A DNA stretch of 64,000 bases from Eledone cirrhosa (GCA_964016885.1 OZ024740.1:396180001-396244000), one strand, 5' to 3'; numbered from the stretch's first letter, positions 1-14,125 are shown. A program made the numbers and translations. Notes: generated by a model not told the origin, from the letters alone.

Positions 1-34
1 TTATGTTTTGACTAACTATATCTTTATTCTATAG

Positions 35-227
35 CAGAGTTTCCCAAACATTTTCAAACATGGAACCCTTTTTAGATTGGAAACTTTTAGGCGAAACTCA
101 AAGTCTAAACTCAAAGTCTAAACTCGAAGTCTAATACTGTTATATAGTTGTAACATAAATATATTCCTCTACCGTTTTTCAGGGAACCTCAGACACTCCT
201 TTGCGGAACCCACCCCGGGAACCATTG
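35..227. mobile_element. hAT-type MITE
   Basis: Imperfect TIRs CAGAGTTTCCC / GGGAACCATTG; near-identical 8-bp flanks TTCTATAG / CTCTATAG; internal 13-bp tandem repeat x3. Confidence 0.6.
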
Positions 228-2055
228 CTCTATAGACTATGTAATTCTATGAACCCTTGAATATAAAACTTAAGTGAGGTTTTATCCCTACATTCACAAT
301 AACCATAATAAGTTAGTTGATTGGGAGTTAACAGTAGTAGTTTTGATGAGGTTAGTCAAGAAGTTACTAAGTTGATCATCGCTGCTGTTCGGCATTGCTA
401 TCATTTTTATTCCTATGTTCTAGCATATTGATCAGTTAATATTGATCAGTGGCATTAAAAGGATGAATGTGAAACCATGTTTGAGTTTGTTGTTAAAACA
501 GATTCGTTTATTTTTCGGACTTCTGCAAAATCATGAGCATCACAACTTCCCATTTCTTTTAAACTCTAACAGCATCATGTTTTGAGAGAATAGGGAATGG
601 TCCCTAATAAAGAGCTAAGATAATTATTTTATTGATATTGTTTCCACATTTTTTAATTCAAATTTTAGTTCGGTTAACTTTGGTTTTTATCTCATTGGTT
701 TTGATAAGCTGAGTATTTGAAATATCCAGAATTTAAAGAAACATCTCAAAACCAAGGTGTTTGAGTTGAAAGAGTACCTTGATGTTCAGCAGTGCTATCC
801 TTAGGGACGGGTGACTACACTGGTTCTCACCTGACTCTCACTTCTGGTTCCAGGATATTTTTCAGCCACACTCTGGTAACTGCTTTTATTGGGAAGCTAA
901 ACTTAGGAAAGGACTGGACACATGGATAGAAGATGGGCACCGCTAAGCATTTCTCTGACTCACTAAAATCTAGAGTGGCACCTCAATGTCTGACTGCACA
1001 AGTTGCAGGAACTTAATTGATTGATTTGAAATATATTAGGGTCAACTCAATCCACCATATACATTCTCGATTACAAAAACAACAAGCCATCAAAAAACAC
1101 CTGACTATTTGCTATACACTAATACTAACCTACTGGCAATTGCTCTTTACTGGTAATTACAAATCACTCTAACAACTGTCTTACATATGTATAAGGGATA
1201 TTCTGGCACCTTACCAAAGTTAAATTAATCAACCTTCTATTAATCAGTTCAAGTACACAGTAATATCAAAAACAACTAAACTTTAACCTTTTCAATACCA
1301 AATTTTTAATGAAATACACTGACTATGATCTCTAAATCATTTTGAAAATAATCAAGAATTTAAAGATATTTAATAAAATAGCTAATTTTCTTATTATTAA
1401 GCAGGTATTTGGAGCATAACTTAACAAATATGAATACTTAAAAATAAATAGTTTAGTTGTATAACCAGGAGTGGTTTCAGGTAGTTTGATATGAAAAAAA
1501 TGTTTATGATAATAAACAAAATAGTAGTTGTCATGATCCAATTCCCTAAATTATTAATAGCTTTATTTTAAGTATATTTTTCAGTTATGTTTAACTTAAA
1601 ATATATCAATCAATAATAAGTACAGCTAACCAGTTATAATGTCTATTACACCACAGTCTCTCTATCATCTGGTAGTCTTTCTTTCATATGTGACAATGTC
1701 TCTTTTATTTGGTTATTCCTCATATTTAGTAGTGTCTTGTACATGATAATGTCTTGTATAAAGTAGTGTAGTGTTTTTCATACATATTTGTCACTTATTG
1801 TAATAATCCACAATTATTTTGCACTATCTTCTTTGGAATGATGTTTTTGTTGTTTCTTATGAAAGCTTATTCCAGAATAAATGTTTTTCTTCATTATTGT
1901 TACCTTTTAAATGTTTTTATTTAATGTTCAAATTCAATTATTTTATTTATTCAATTAACTGTTCCATCGAACTGTTCAATTTACTGCTCCATCAAACAGT
2001 AAATCGTTTATTATTATGTGATATAATGATTTTAAAACATTTTCTAACTTAACTT

Positions 2056-2298
2056 TAACCTCTTCAGTGCTGTAGACGAGATGACTCATCCTAACATGTA
2101 TGCATTCCAGTGCTACAGACGAGATAACTTCTCCTAACATGTTTGAACTCGTTTCCAACAGTTCATAACTTCAAAGCTAAATGAGGTTACTAGTTTATTG
2201 ATGTGACGTTTGTCAATCAAAATAGTCATTTTACTGGAGAAAAAAACGGGCACAGCAACTGTATCTGTGTAAAATATACGCAGCAGTCAACAGGTTAA
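2056..2298. mobile_element. piggyBac-type MITE remnant
   Basis: TTAA-CCTCTTCAGTGCTG ... CAGCAGTCAACAGG-TTAA; internal duplication of about 42 bp. Confidence 0.5.
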
Positions 2299-3268
2299 TG
2301 CTTTATCTTCATAATTTGTGTCAGTTTGCAGTTTCTTCACTAAGTAAATTTCTTTGTGTTATGTATGAAGTATATATCAGCAGTGTGCTAACAACACATA
2401 ATAGAATACTGAATATTCAGTTGAGAGGTTGGTGGTCTTGTTACCAACACTGTATTTAAATTCAGAAATGGCTCAGTCCACCTTGCAAGGAGGAGTTCAG
2501 TTGAATGAACTCCAACAAACTGCATCAGGTGTTCATCTTCATTCAGTAAATTGTAGGCATCAGTATATTTTTAATGATGACTTGTCATAATAGTTAATTA
2601 ACCTGTCTGATAATATACTGTAAATATTGAAAAATTCAGACCAAACAAACCAATGTTTTCTACAAATTTATATGGGCACATGATAATTACAAATGTTATA
2701 ATACATTAAGGCAACTTTCACAGATATAGGACATGTTTGCAATGATAGTGGATCCCACAACATTTATTTGTTTACATTCTGCTTTACTTGTCTGTTTTTC
2801 CAGCTCACATGAAACTCAATGTACGATATGATCTTTCTCTCTTTCTTTCTCTCTTTACACACACACATATAATTACAAGTTTCTCTTTAATCTTTAATAT
2901 GTTATTTTTTCTCTTGAATCTGCCATTGTAAATATTCTAATAATTTTATCTTACAGGATTATCTTTTATCACAACCAAATATTAGAAACCTAAAACTTGA
3001 GCTGGATAATTGAACTTATTTATGGGCACGAATTCTGTCAATATTGTGTTGAATACTATTATATATAATTACTTTTACAGTAAATCCTATTGTTAATAAG
3101 TTAATTCTTTCACAGTCCACAGCTGATGAAGGCATAATATAATGGTTACTATACATAACTTATTCTGTTGCTGAATTAACTAAAAAATCATCCAAAAATC
3201 CTTTTTGTACTCTATTTTCATTATTTGAAAACTTTGTTGTTAATAATGTCAATATTTTTTTGTTTCAG

Positions 3269-3344
3269 TTTCCGGTTTTTAATGGGCAAACCACGAGCAG
3301 AACCTACCATGAGCCTCAACCGGTTTTATCGGAATGAAAACTAA
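3269..3344 (+). CDS. Possible terminal exon of an unidentified plus-strand gene entering from the left
   Basis: Acceptor TTTTTTTGTTTCAG, then FRFLMGKPRAEPTMSLNRFYRNEN-TAA (phase 2) or FPVFNGQTTSRTYHEPQPVLSE-TGA (phase 0); UTR-like sequence follows; no homology recognised. Confidence 0.3.
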
Positions 3345-4093
3345 TTTGTAGAAGCCATCCAACAACCATCATCACCGCTTTTCATTCTATTGATATTTTT
3401 TTTCTTTGTGTCATTATGAACAAACTAAAGGAAGAAAATAGTGTTTCATTTAACTAATTTACTAATTATTAATTAAGAGTGAGAGAGAGAGACAGAGAAA
3501 TAGAACAAGAGCTGGGATTGCTAGAAGATATAAAAAATATAGCTGTGCAGCAGAGTTTTGAACTAATTATAGAAATCATGTACTCTGTTTGATGATGTCC
3601 TATTTAAAAGGATAAAATATATACATAGCTGTCCAAAAGAATCTGTAGTTTATATCCAATAAATATGAGCTTTTTGTTACATTACCCAACTGGACTCCAG
3701 CTGTGGTGGACTGAAAAAAAAAAAGCAGCAAAAGTTAAATAACAAATGTGATAATAATTAACTATACAGAAAATTACTATCATTATGTAAGACTGTATTT
3801 CAACTTTTTAAAAGCTATTGTTTCCATTTCTTTCTCTCCTTTTCTTCCTCTTTTACAATTTAATATGATTCAATGGTTATTGTTTCAATTGTTGGTATAC
3901 AGGTATAATGGTAGAATTAGCAAAGAAAGAGATAGAACACATGCTTTGAGGCATCTACTGTTTGGTTTGGCGCCTTGCTATTCAAAGTTCAAATCCTGCT
4001 AAGAGTGATAAAATAAGTATAGCTAATATCCTGTGACTGAGTTACTTAATTACATCACATTCTACTTTACAAAAAAGTAACACACACACACAA

Positions 4094-4129
<36 letters not shown>

Positions 4130-4235
4130 TGATATCAGAAATCTGATGGAATTTAACAAAGCTATGCTATAGAATCAAGTTTTATTCATTAGACAGAACA
4201 AACTCCTTACTGACGCCTATTAGAATCACAATTAT

Positions 4236-4696
4236 TGTATAAAACAGTATGTTATTTAAAGACTATGACAATGTAAAATGGACAGTAGATTTTAGAATAA
4301 ATTGAAGGCAACAAAGATATTGGAGCATCACCTGTTATTTTATTTACCTGTCCTAATATTTCGGGTCTAAAAACCCTTTGTCAGAAGACTATAATGAAAA
4401 ACTGGCTTGGAGTTTCACATTTTGTTGTTTAAAGGCTTGCCATTTTCTTTTCTTTTTTGCAAATGGGAAGCCTTTAAACAACAAAGCATGAAACTCCGAG
4501 CGAGTTTTTCATTATAGTCTTCTGACAAAGGGTTTTTAGACCTGAAATATTAGGAGAGGTAAATAACATAACAGGTGATACACCAATATCTTTATTGCCT
4601 TTAATTTATTCTAAAATCTACTGTCCATTTTACATTGCCGTAGCCTTTAAATAACATACTGCTTTATACACTAACGCAATGCTTCAAGCAAACTAG
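4236..4696. mobile_element. Foldback insertion, probably Penelope-like pLTR-derived, with decayed minimal hammerhead motifs
   Basis: About 210-bp inverted arms 4236-4445 and 4461-4670; 12-bp direct repeat ACAATTATTGTA at 4228-4239 and 4697-4708; GTCTT-CTGACAA-A-GGGT..ACCY-GAAATATT-AGGA in each arm. Confidence 0.65.
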
Positions 4697-5349
4697 ACAA
4701 TTATTGTAATTACAATCAATATCATCCTTTCTATCTGATTTGCACCAAAACCAACCAACATCTGTACTTCATGAATTCATGTAGCCTTGAGACCATCATT
4801 GTTCAAGTTGATGTTTGGCTCGAGGCATTGAACAGAGCAACAGTTACTCTGACAGCTTCTGAAACTTTATAATTATCAAACATTCTAAAGTACATACCTG
4901 AGTCTTTCCTCTACTGTACAGTTGTTAGTCTACCCTCTACTGTACAGTTGTTAATCTACCCTCTACTGTCCAATTATGTATATCAATACTATAGAAAATG
5001 TGAGCATCACACCTATAATATAGTTGAAAATACCAATACTATAGAATCACTTTGAGTATTATCTCTACATTAAAGATGTCAGTTGCTACCCTGCAGTACA
5101 ACTTCCAGTATCACTTATTTCTGTAGTATAACCATAACACCAACTTAGTTACCTATAGAACAGCAATGAGTGTCTGTGTGCAAGTTCCTTAGATTTCTCC
5201 AACTATCCAACACATTCCATGTCTTACTCTGGTTTATTAACTGTTATGAAATGAAACGTAGAAAAGGAGAATAGAGAAAAATGGGAAACATGTTGGTGTT
5301 TTCTTAGAAATCAGTAAATAAATTTCAAAAGATTTCTTTTTTTATTCTC

Positions 5350-5652
5350 TCCTCTCTCTCTCTCTCTCTCAATTCACACACACACACACACACATATATA
5401 CACACACACATATATATATGTATGTATATATATATACACACACATGTATATATATACACGTGTATATATATATATATATACACGTGTATATATATATATA
5501 TATATACACATGTGTATATATATATATACACACATGTGTGTATATATATATACACACACATATATGTGTGTATACACACACGTGTGTGTGTATATATATA
5601 TACACATACACACACACACACACATGTGTGTATATGTATATATATATATATA
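5350..5652. repeat. Compound (CT)n/(CA)n/(TA)n microsatellite
   Basis: Directly visible. Confidence 0.95.
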
Positions 5653-6121
5653 TTGGAAAATTTGTAACTAAAAAATTGGAAATTTAATTTATTATTAGTT
5701 TCATTTTTAGTCATTTTAGGGTGATAAAGATGGTACAGATAATAGAAAACCAACTTGGATGCTTCAAAGTGTTTAAATTGGTTGTCTCCCATTTCTGTTT
5801 TCCATTCACACTGAGGTTGACTTTGCCTTTCATCCCTTTTAAGGGTTTGGTAAAATATGTCTCAGTAATGCACTGAGATCCATTCATTGAAATGAAAAGG
5901 ATTGTCCTTGTGTTTTCTCTAAAAAAAATCATTAGACTTGGCTTTTACCTAAAAGCAAAGTGTATAATATATAAATAAACAAATATTTTTACCATTCCAA
6001 GCCATACTATATTCCACAGTTTGTTCAATCCATGTCAGCATGGTAAAATGGACATTAAACTAATGAGGATTATGAATATATTCCTTATAGAAATTAGAAA
6101 TGGTCAGAAAAAATATATATA

Positions 6122-6308
6122 CTGTATACACTTGAATATAAGCCGAGGTTATATGGCCAAAACATTGATAGTAAAACGGGAGGTTGGCTTATATTCGTCA
6201 TCTAAACAATGTGTTGATTAGCTGCCTCAGTTTATAAATGGAGTTTGGATTCTTGTCTATTTCTCAAATATGAAATAGGGGACTTGGCTTATATTTGAGT
6301 ATATACAG
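6122..6308. mobile_element. Tc1/mariner-pogo-type MITE
   Basis: About 26-bp TIRs CTGTATACACTTGAATATAAGCCGAG / CTTGGCTTATATTTGAGTATATACAG; TA on both sides. Confidence 0.75.
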
Positions 6309-8029
6309 TATATTATTTAAAATGATCTTTTGTGTAGACCATCTCTGTGAATGCTCCCAAGTTTACCTCTTTTAGAGTGGCTGATGTCATGGCTTCTGCC
6401 ACTGTATGTGTGATAGAGATATTTGCTGCTCCTACTATAGAGATGGTATGCACTGGGGTTGCTACCATTTCAGGAAGAGTGACACTTGGTTGTTATATGT
6501 ATATTTTGAAATAGTCTTTGAATGTATGTGATGGTGTGATGAGTAATTTTCACATTTCCTTTGTTTATGCATCACAGGGAACATATGTTCACACTTTTGT
6601 TATATCAATTATAGTTAAATGATAATGATAATAAAAATAAAATGTCATAATTTGTTTCACCTTCCAAATGTTAAACCAAGTGTCATATTTGATCCACTCT
6701 GTCATTTTTAATCCCCTTTATCATATTCAATCTACTAAATCATGGTTTTATCCATTACAAGATTGTGAATAAACCAGTCATGTTTGATTACCTAACACAA
6801 CATATTATATAATTTGATATGTCCTGTCAACCTGTCTGATAATGTCCAAAGTAACACATTTTATATGCATAATATATAATTTGCTCCCCCACCCCCCAAA
6901 TGTAATGTATGTTTGAAACAGTAGTGAACTGCTACACAAGCTTTTTAAGTGATAGAAGCATACATAACATTTCAGTACCTCTGTTTGCTTTTTGTTTTAA
7001 CATCATTTGGTGGTGTATGCAGTCAAGTTAGCAACCTGATTTCAGTTCATGTTTAGAACCATTTCTTTTTCATAACTTATGACTTTGAGAAAGGTGATTG
7101 TTATAATTATCATTTGTGCTAACTCTGAATTCAGTAAGGCTGATAACCCACTGATGAATATTATTGGTTATTGATAATCATGAATAAAATAGAGATATTT
7201 GACTCACTTGTGTATGAAATAAATGTATAGTTTATGTATTATTACCATTTAATAAATTGAAGATTTTATTTTTCGTCCTAAGTCTCCAAGATACTCAGGA
7301 TAGTGAAGACAATAAGGCATTGTATCTTGTGCCTGGCTCTTCAGTGTATCCATAGCCAACATAACTAATTCTTCAAAAGACCAGTGCACCTAGCTGGAAG
7401 CAAGCATTACATAGGAAATGGGTCACAGTCACAAGCAATGACAGCACTGTAAAACAAATAAGTGTTTTATTAGCTTGCACTGATGAGTTCAACTTTCCTC
7501 GTGAGTATAGTTTAGAGCAGAATTGCAAATTTTTAAATGGTTCTCCTTTCACCCATTGGGTAATAGGACTCGTCACCACTAACAGCATAATATAAGCTAA
7601 AATATGATATGGGACAATTCAACAAGACCAAATCAACAAATGAATTTCTGTCAGTGGAATATTATCAGTAAACTACTGTAATCATTACATTAAATATTGT
7701 CAACCCCATATTTTGGATGCCTTCTTTTTTCTTTCTTTCTTATATTAACTTTTGGAGCAGTAGAGTGGCAATGCCTTGCAATGTTTAGGTATAGCCCTTT
7801 ATGTTCTGAGTTCAAATCCTGCCATGCTTAACTTTGTTTTTCATTCTTCTGATGTTAACCTTTCATTACCATATTTTTAATGAAAGACACTGCTTATGAT
7901 TTTCAAATCATTTTCAAAATAATCAAGAATACTATTTTGACAAGCAAGCAAGAAAATAAATTTAAAAAAAAAACTTTCATACATTAAAGAGCCCAACACT
8001 AAATTCCATTCTTCTATAATTTGATGAGG

Positions 8030-9050
8030 ATCTCTGTAACAATCAAGAATAACAGCTCTTTCCAATCAGACTTATGTTCGGCTATCAAGAACATCAAGAA
8101 TTTAAATGCTTTCGTGTGTATTCAGACATTAAAATTCTGTATGAAATTGAAACATCCACATCAAATTGCCATATATCCAACTTACTAACAAGCACAGGAA
8201 AAAAAAAAAAAACTTGTGGAACACTTTAAATGACAAACATCCATGGTTATAGGATGACTAAACATAAAAACAGAACAGAACAGAACCCCTCAACCTTAAA
8301 TAATCTCATTTCACTTTTTTTTAAATCGTAAAGAAAACTTCCAAAATAACCCTTCTATCAAACTTATTATTACCCCATCAATGTAAACACAATCAATAAA
8401 TACACCCTCGATAAGTTCTTACCATTACTCAAAAACCTTCCCAATTCTCTTTAGAACAGCTCCCAGTCAGTAAACAAAATTTACACTCCCTATAATTTGA
8501 TATAAAGGATTACTATATTTCTATATCAAAACCTTTTGTTAGATTTTTCATAATTCATGGCATCTATTACCCAAATAAATGACAATGATATAGACAATAT
8601 CCTACAGGGTAGAATGTCTTTAATACAGTACATGAACAAGTGGTTAAAAAAGTCCCCAAACACTTCATTTCATATTGATATGGAAACAAGTGATTCAGCA
8701 GAGGTAAAACCTTATGGGACTATTTCTTCTTTACAACTTAAAACAAAATTTTCATTTTTTTAGAAGGCGGTCTATATAGAGATGACAATTTACTCCTTAG
8801 TGTAGCAAACCAGACATTAATTACACTGCTTTTTTTAAGAATTATAATCTGCCAATAACAATCCAAAGTAGCAAGAAAACTGTAGACTACCTGGACATAA
8901 CACTAACCCTCACAAATTCTCTTTGCTACCCATTTCATAAACAGAATGAAACTAAATTGCATACACTCAAACCACCAAAGAAACATCCGTAAAAACCTAC
9001 AAACAAGAAAATGTCCAATGATAAAACCCAATATTACAGCGATCAGCAGA
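8030..9050 (+). mobile_element. Degenerate Penelope-like element RT (Naiad/Chlamys-like)
   Basis: Frameshifted motifs FDIKDYYISI, SFHIDM-x-xDSAEV..LMGLFLL, GGLYRDD, VDYLDITL..YPFHKQNE, matching the FDV.MG..DGAEV / GLYRDD pattern of this PLE group. Confidence 0.7.
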
Positions 9051-9399
9051 AATTATTAACTTCATTTCTCTTTTTAAAATGGTACCTTTTAAATAAACAT
9101 GAATATTTCACACAGATATGGATCCAATGCACCAATGGGGGTTAAACTTAAATCTAATTAATTTTAACGATAGCTCTGAAGTGTTTTTCAGGGGATGAGT
9201 GACAGGGAGTATTTCATATATTGACATGAATGTTAATAAATGTAACTCACATTCACTACTTATTCTATAGCTTGATTTAATTCTAAATTATATCGGTACT
9301 AGTTTACATTGATTAGGTTTTCACATAGAAAACCTAAGTATTGTTTCATTAGTGATTAAAGGAATAAAGCTAAATTTTAAATAGTTCTGTGAATATTGC

Positions 9400-10435
9400 C
9401 AACAGTTTCCTAATATTTGGGAGTGCGAGCTGCCTCTGAACTGATAGTTTCCACATGTTACAAGAATGATTTTATTTCCATGGATGGTTTACTTAGAACA
9501 CCTTTATTGTCTCAGTTGTGGCTTTTCATGCCTGCTTGTATCACAAGTGAAAGAAAGAGGACTTATTTCCAAGCCAGGTTTTGTAAATCTCCTTCTTTAC
9601 TTGAATGACATTTTTAACCCCCTGATTAAACCAAGGGGTCCTCCTGCCACACCAAGCTGCTTTTGCCCACAGTATTTAATAGCTGAACAGTCTCCATTCT
9701 GATTTAACATACTCAGTGTGTTCAGGGAGATCTCCGAATTTAGATGCAATAGTATTTGATACATGGTCCTGACCTCCATATCAGCCAGTGATTCCCACTT
9801 TACCCTGGCTTTAGGTAGTCTCAGGTTGCAAATAACTAGATGGTGGTCAGTTGAAAGCTCAGTCCCTCTCTTAACATGAACATCCAGCACAGAATCGAAG
9901 ATTTCAGAAAGAGTAACAAAATCAATTATTAATATTTGCCCAAGATTTCCTATATACCATGTGTATATATGGATGTCTGTGTTAATAATAATAATAATGA
10001 AATTATTGTGTACAGTGCTCAGGTGCACTACAACTCTTCAAAGGTGCATGTATAGTACATAGAATAATGTACAAATGTCGGAAGTGAATAGTGTATGAGT
10101 CATGATATACATGTGTGTGTGTGTGTGCATGGAGGGGGAATATTAGGTGTAGTGTTGGTGAATCTCAGGAAGCATGTTGGAAGGTGTTTCTAATAGAAAG
10201 CCCATTACTAGAACAGATGTCTAATAAGGCCTCTTCATTTTTCTTTAGATCAGGATAGCCATTCCTTCTAATAATTCCTTTCCATGGCAGGAAAGATATG
10301 GGAGGACTTTTGGATTAAGCTGAAATCTGACTTTATCTTCCAAAATTCTTTATTTACTGATCTAATCTACCAACTTCGTAATAAGTCCTCCATGCCTGTA
10401 TCAGGAACATGTCTGGGGTTCTTATCTCTTCAGAC
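9400..10435 (-). mobile_element. RTE LINE endonuclease region, inverted relative to its RT; interrupted by a CR1/L2-like 3' tail at about 9982-10172
   Basis: WKGIIRRNGYPDL..LLDICSSNGLSIRNTFQH, HIYTW, IDFV, LSTDHHLVICNLR on the minus strand. Confidence 0.75.
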
Positions 10436-11915
10436 AGGTGTATCCTTGTGAGGTGAGAGAATACTTGGCTGATCTTCTAAACTCGGTCACAATATCTTCT
10501 GATGTATATGAGGTGCATCTAGGAGCAATGACTAACCTCTTGGAGGCTGAGGTCACCAGAGCAGTTAAAGAAATCAAATGTGGCAAAGCCTTAAATAGAG
10601 AAGGTATTCTCTGGCTAACTTGTGTGCACCAGGTGACCTAGATCTCTGGAAAGGCACCTAAGCAATTACAATGTGATAATCCCAATTTTCAAAAAGGGAG
10701 ACAAGAGATTGCTCTAATTATAAAGAAACCTTATTAAGCCTCCCCCAATAAAGTCCATGCTGTGCCTGGCAAAGAGATGTTGGAATATTGTTGAGTCCAA
10801 GCTAGCTGATAAAAAGTGGTTTTCACAAGGGCGTAGCACACCCAACCAAATATTCACACTGCGACAGGTTTTTGAGAAATCATGGGAATGTTGCCCAAAG
10901 GTGTATGCTTGTTTCATATACCTAGAAAAGGAATATGATCAGGTTCCATGGGACCTGTTGTGGAAGGTTCTGCAGAAATTTTGAACTGATGGACAGCTTC
11001 TTGTTTCCCTGAAGTCTTTGTATGTATGTCCTAGTATTTGTATTCAGATAAATGGTGTTGAAACCATTCAATGTGGGTGCCAGACTCTGCCAAAGGTGTG
11101 CACTGTAATTTCTCCAGTTCATAATCTTCATGAACAGGTTTGATATGCAGTCAGGTTGAAATTGGTATCAAAACTAGCTGATGTAAGATCAGTTGGTTGC
11201 AATTTGTAGATGACATAGTACCACTTAACTCGGGAGGTGATCTCCAACATGCACTTGATAGGTTTGCTATCGAGTGCTGTAAAGACAGACATTCGTCCTC
11301 TCAAGGAAGACTACACAGTGCACATGTGAGTGAAGTTCCACTAAAGTAGATGAAGCTTAAGTGTCTTGGGGTCACTTTCACGAATGATGGAAAGTAGGAG
11401 GCTGAATTAAGTGCAAAAATTACAAAAGCTGGTGCAATAATGTGCCAGCTTCAGCATTCGGTCTTCAGAAGGGAGGGAGGTGAAAAAGCCAAACTCACTA
11501 TCTTCAATTCGGTATCTGTGTCAACCCTTACCTATGGTCATGAATCTTGGGTAATAACGGAAAGAATATAATTGCAAATACATGTGACCGAAAAGGGGTT
11601 CCAACAAAGGGTCTTTGGAGTAATGTTACTTGACAATGTGTAGCTTGGAGATCAGAGTTGCTCCCTGTAGAGCTGTTTCTTCTTCAAAATGAGAGTTCAC
11701 AGCTCCAATACAGTGGACATATAGAATGTCTAAGGAAAGAATCGTTGGACAGATATGGACAAAATCAACAGGCAGGAGCAAGATGGTTGGATAACAACCA
11801 TGAGCTTAGCTGGTCTCACTTGAAGATCCAGCTGGATCAATTGGAGACAGTTGCTTATGACAGGACTTACTGGAAAGCATGCTTGAGAACCCTCCCAAAA
11901 ATAAGTGGGTAGAGA
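10436..11915 (+). mobile_element. Degenerate RTE LINE RT and 3' part
   Basis: EYLADLLN, PIFKKGD, GRSTPNQIFTLRQVFEKSWE, ACFIYLEKEYDQVP, QFVDDIV, LTYGHESWV; many stops and frameshifts. Confidence 0.85.
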
Positions 11916-12296
11916 AGGGTGGTTTATTGCTCAACACTCTGGTTTCTATTCATTTGTAAATGACAGATGGTGAATTGGCAGAGTTGTTAGAGGGTAGGGA
12001 CAAAATATCATGCAGTATTTGTTCCTGCTCTCTGTACTCAAATTCAACTGAGGTCAACTTTGCATTTCATTCTTTGGGGTTGATAAAATAAAATACTAAT
12101 CAAGGGCAGTGGACTGGCAGAATTGTTAGAATGTTGGATGATTTGTTTTATGGAGTTTTTGCAGCTCTTTACATTCTGTATGCAGATCAGACTGTCCTAC
12201 TAATTGTGATAATGCTTTGTAACTTCTATGTCTTTGGTTCAAGAATATTTCTTTGCTTGAAAAAAAAAAATAGAACTGAAAAATCAGTTAGATGCA

Positions 12297-12380
12297 TACA
12301 GAGGTCAGCTGTAAAGTTCATAGGCTGACCAAGATACTCATGGTATGCCCAAATGATATTTATTTTTCAACATAGTCCCT
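12297..12380 (+). mobile_element. Mariner terminal remnant
   Basis: GGTCAGCTGTAAAGTTCATAGGCTGACC matches the TIR of the mariner at 55823-57097. Confidence 0.55.
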
Positions 12381-13262
12381 GGAAAGAAACTATGCAGTTA
12401 TTAATAAGAAAAGTTGAAATTAATGCATGCAAGATTTTACAGCTTTAGCATTACTCCTTCATAGTCAGCCTAACCCCATATGTGCAGTGGGCTTTATCTA
12501 TTGTCCAAAATAAAATTCTTGATATCATGGCTGAGTTGTTTTAGGCAATGACAAATGATATGAAAAAGTGGAGAGAAGATTCCATCATTGTTGATTCTAT
12601 ACAGTACCTACTGAAGTGTCATCTATGAATTAATCACAGGCAACTGCAGGAGGTGTATCTATGAATTTAGAGAGTGAGTGAGAGATAGTTTGAAAGTGAG
12701 TATGCGTATGAGAGAAAGAGTAAGTAGAGGGGGAGATGAATGTGTGGTCTAGAAATAGCTTACCTGTTACGTCTGATATTATCCATGTGGTAGTTACACT
12801 GGATGGTCACTTGACTAGTATAATACTAAAATTGAACATGTATGTTTCTCTTTATGTATTCTTTGAATTTAACAAAATCAATTCATAGTACTTTGAAAAT
12901 CTTTTAACAAATGTACTCTTAGTCTTTAAAAAATGAGTAGTCAATATAAACAAGATCTCCAGGCTTTCCTTCTCCAAGATATTTTCAATAAGGCAGCCCT
13001 CTACTGCAACAATGCCCCAATTGATAAGCACTTCTCCTTAGCCATAGATATAAGAACATTCCAATAGAAGTGTCATGGTTGACTACTCCTTTGCAAAAAA
13101 AAAAAAAAAAACATTACCACCAAACCCATTAAACATTGTGCTATAGTAACTCTATCCAAGTGCTGTTTCCTATTATTTAATTGATTAGGCACAGGAGGGA
13201 GGGCAGCATCCATGATCTTTGAAAACTTTCTTAGGTTATCCAGCATCCATATATACTGTGTT

Positions 13263-14125
13263 TCCCTTATACCATTATTGGCCACTAAAGGTTTCTCTCT
13301 AAAAATGAAAGGCAGACTGTATGATGCCTGCATACGAACAGCAATGTTACATGGCAGTGAGACATGGACATTGTGTGCAGAGGATCTGCGCAGACTGGAG
13401 AGGAACGAAGCTTGCATGTTCCGTTGGATGTGTAATAGTAATATACGTGAACAGCAAAGCATAAATGGACTAAGTGAGAAATTAGGTATAAGATGGATCA
13501 GATGCTGTTTACTCGAGAGAAGACTACGTTGGTATGGTCACGTGATGCGCATGAAAGACGACAGCTGTATAAAAAAGTGCAGGGCAATCAAAATTGACGG
13601 AAGTTACAGAGTAGGCAGACCCATAAAAACCTGGGATGATTTGATAAATTCCGACCTTACACACTTACACCTCTCTAAGACAATGTCATTGGACCGAGAT
13701 CTTTGGCGCTATCCAGTAATACAGAAGACCCGCCTTGCCTATATATATATATATATACAAAGCGAAACCTAGTCAGTAGGCACCTCTTAACCAAATATAC
13801 ACCCCCATCCCACTACCTCAACTCCACCCCCACCCCACCCCCATCAACACCACCCCTTTCTCTGTAAAGTTATGTTGGTACCACAACATCCAGTCCTAAA
13901 TAAATGAGGTCGTGTAGGTGTTACAACAAAAAAACACAGTCCACATTGTAATGTGGCTGTGTAGGTAACACGGTAAAAACCTCCCAGTTTACACTGTAAA
14001 CGTGGTTGGTGTTAGTAAGGGCATTCAGCCGTAAAAAGCCTGCCAGACAGTCCCATACGAGCGAGACGACCAATCTTGCCTCAAGTGAGACAATTCCCGT
14101 CTAAACCCATGCTAGCGTGGAAGAT
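13263..14125 (+). mobile_element. 5'-truncated RTE(-X-like) LINE, family A 3' end
   Basis: KGRLYDACIRTAMLHGSETW...RRLRWYGHVMR..GRP.KTW plus 3' UTR; closely similar to 27055-27900 in the opposite orientation. Confidence 0.9.

Noticed and set aside
3118-3180. CTGATGA motifs (also 7151, 7479, 57961) as hammerheads or C/D boxes
   Set aside because: No properly placed stem II plus GAAA, and no terminal stem with partner box
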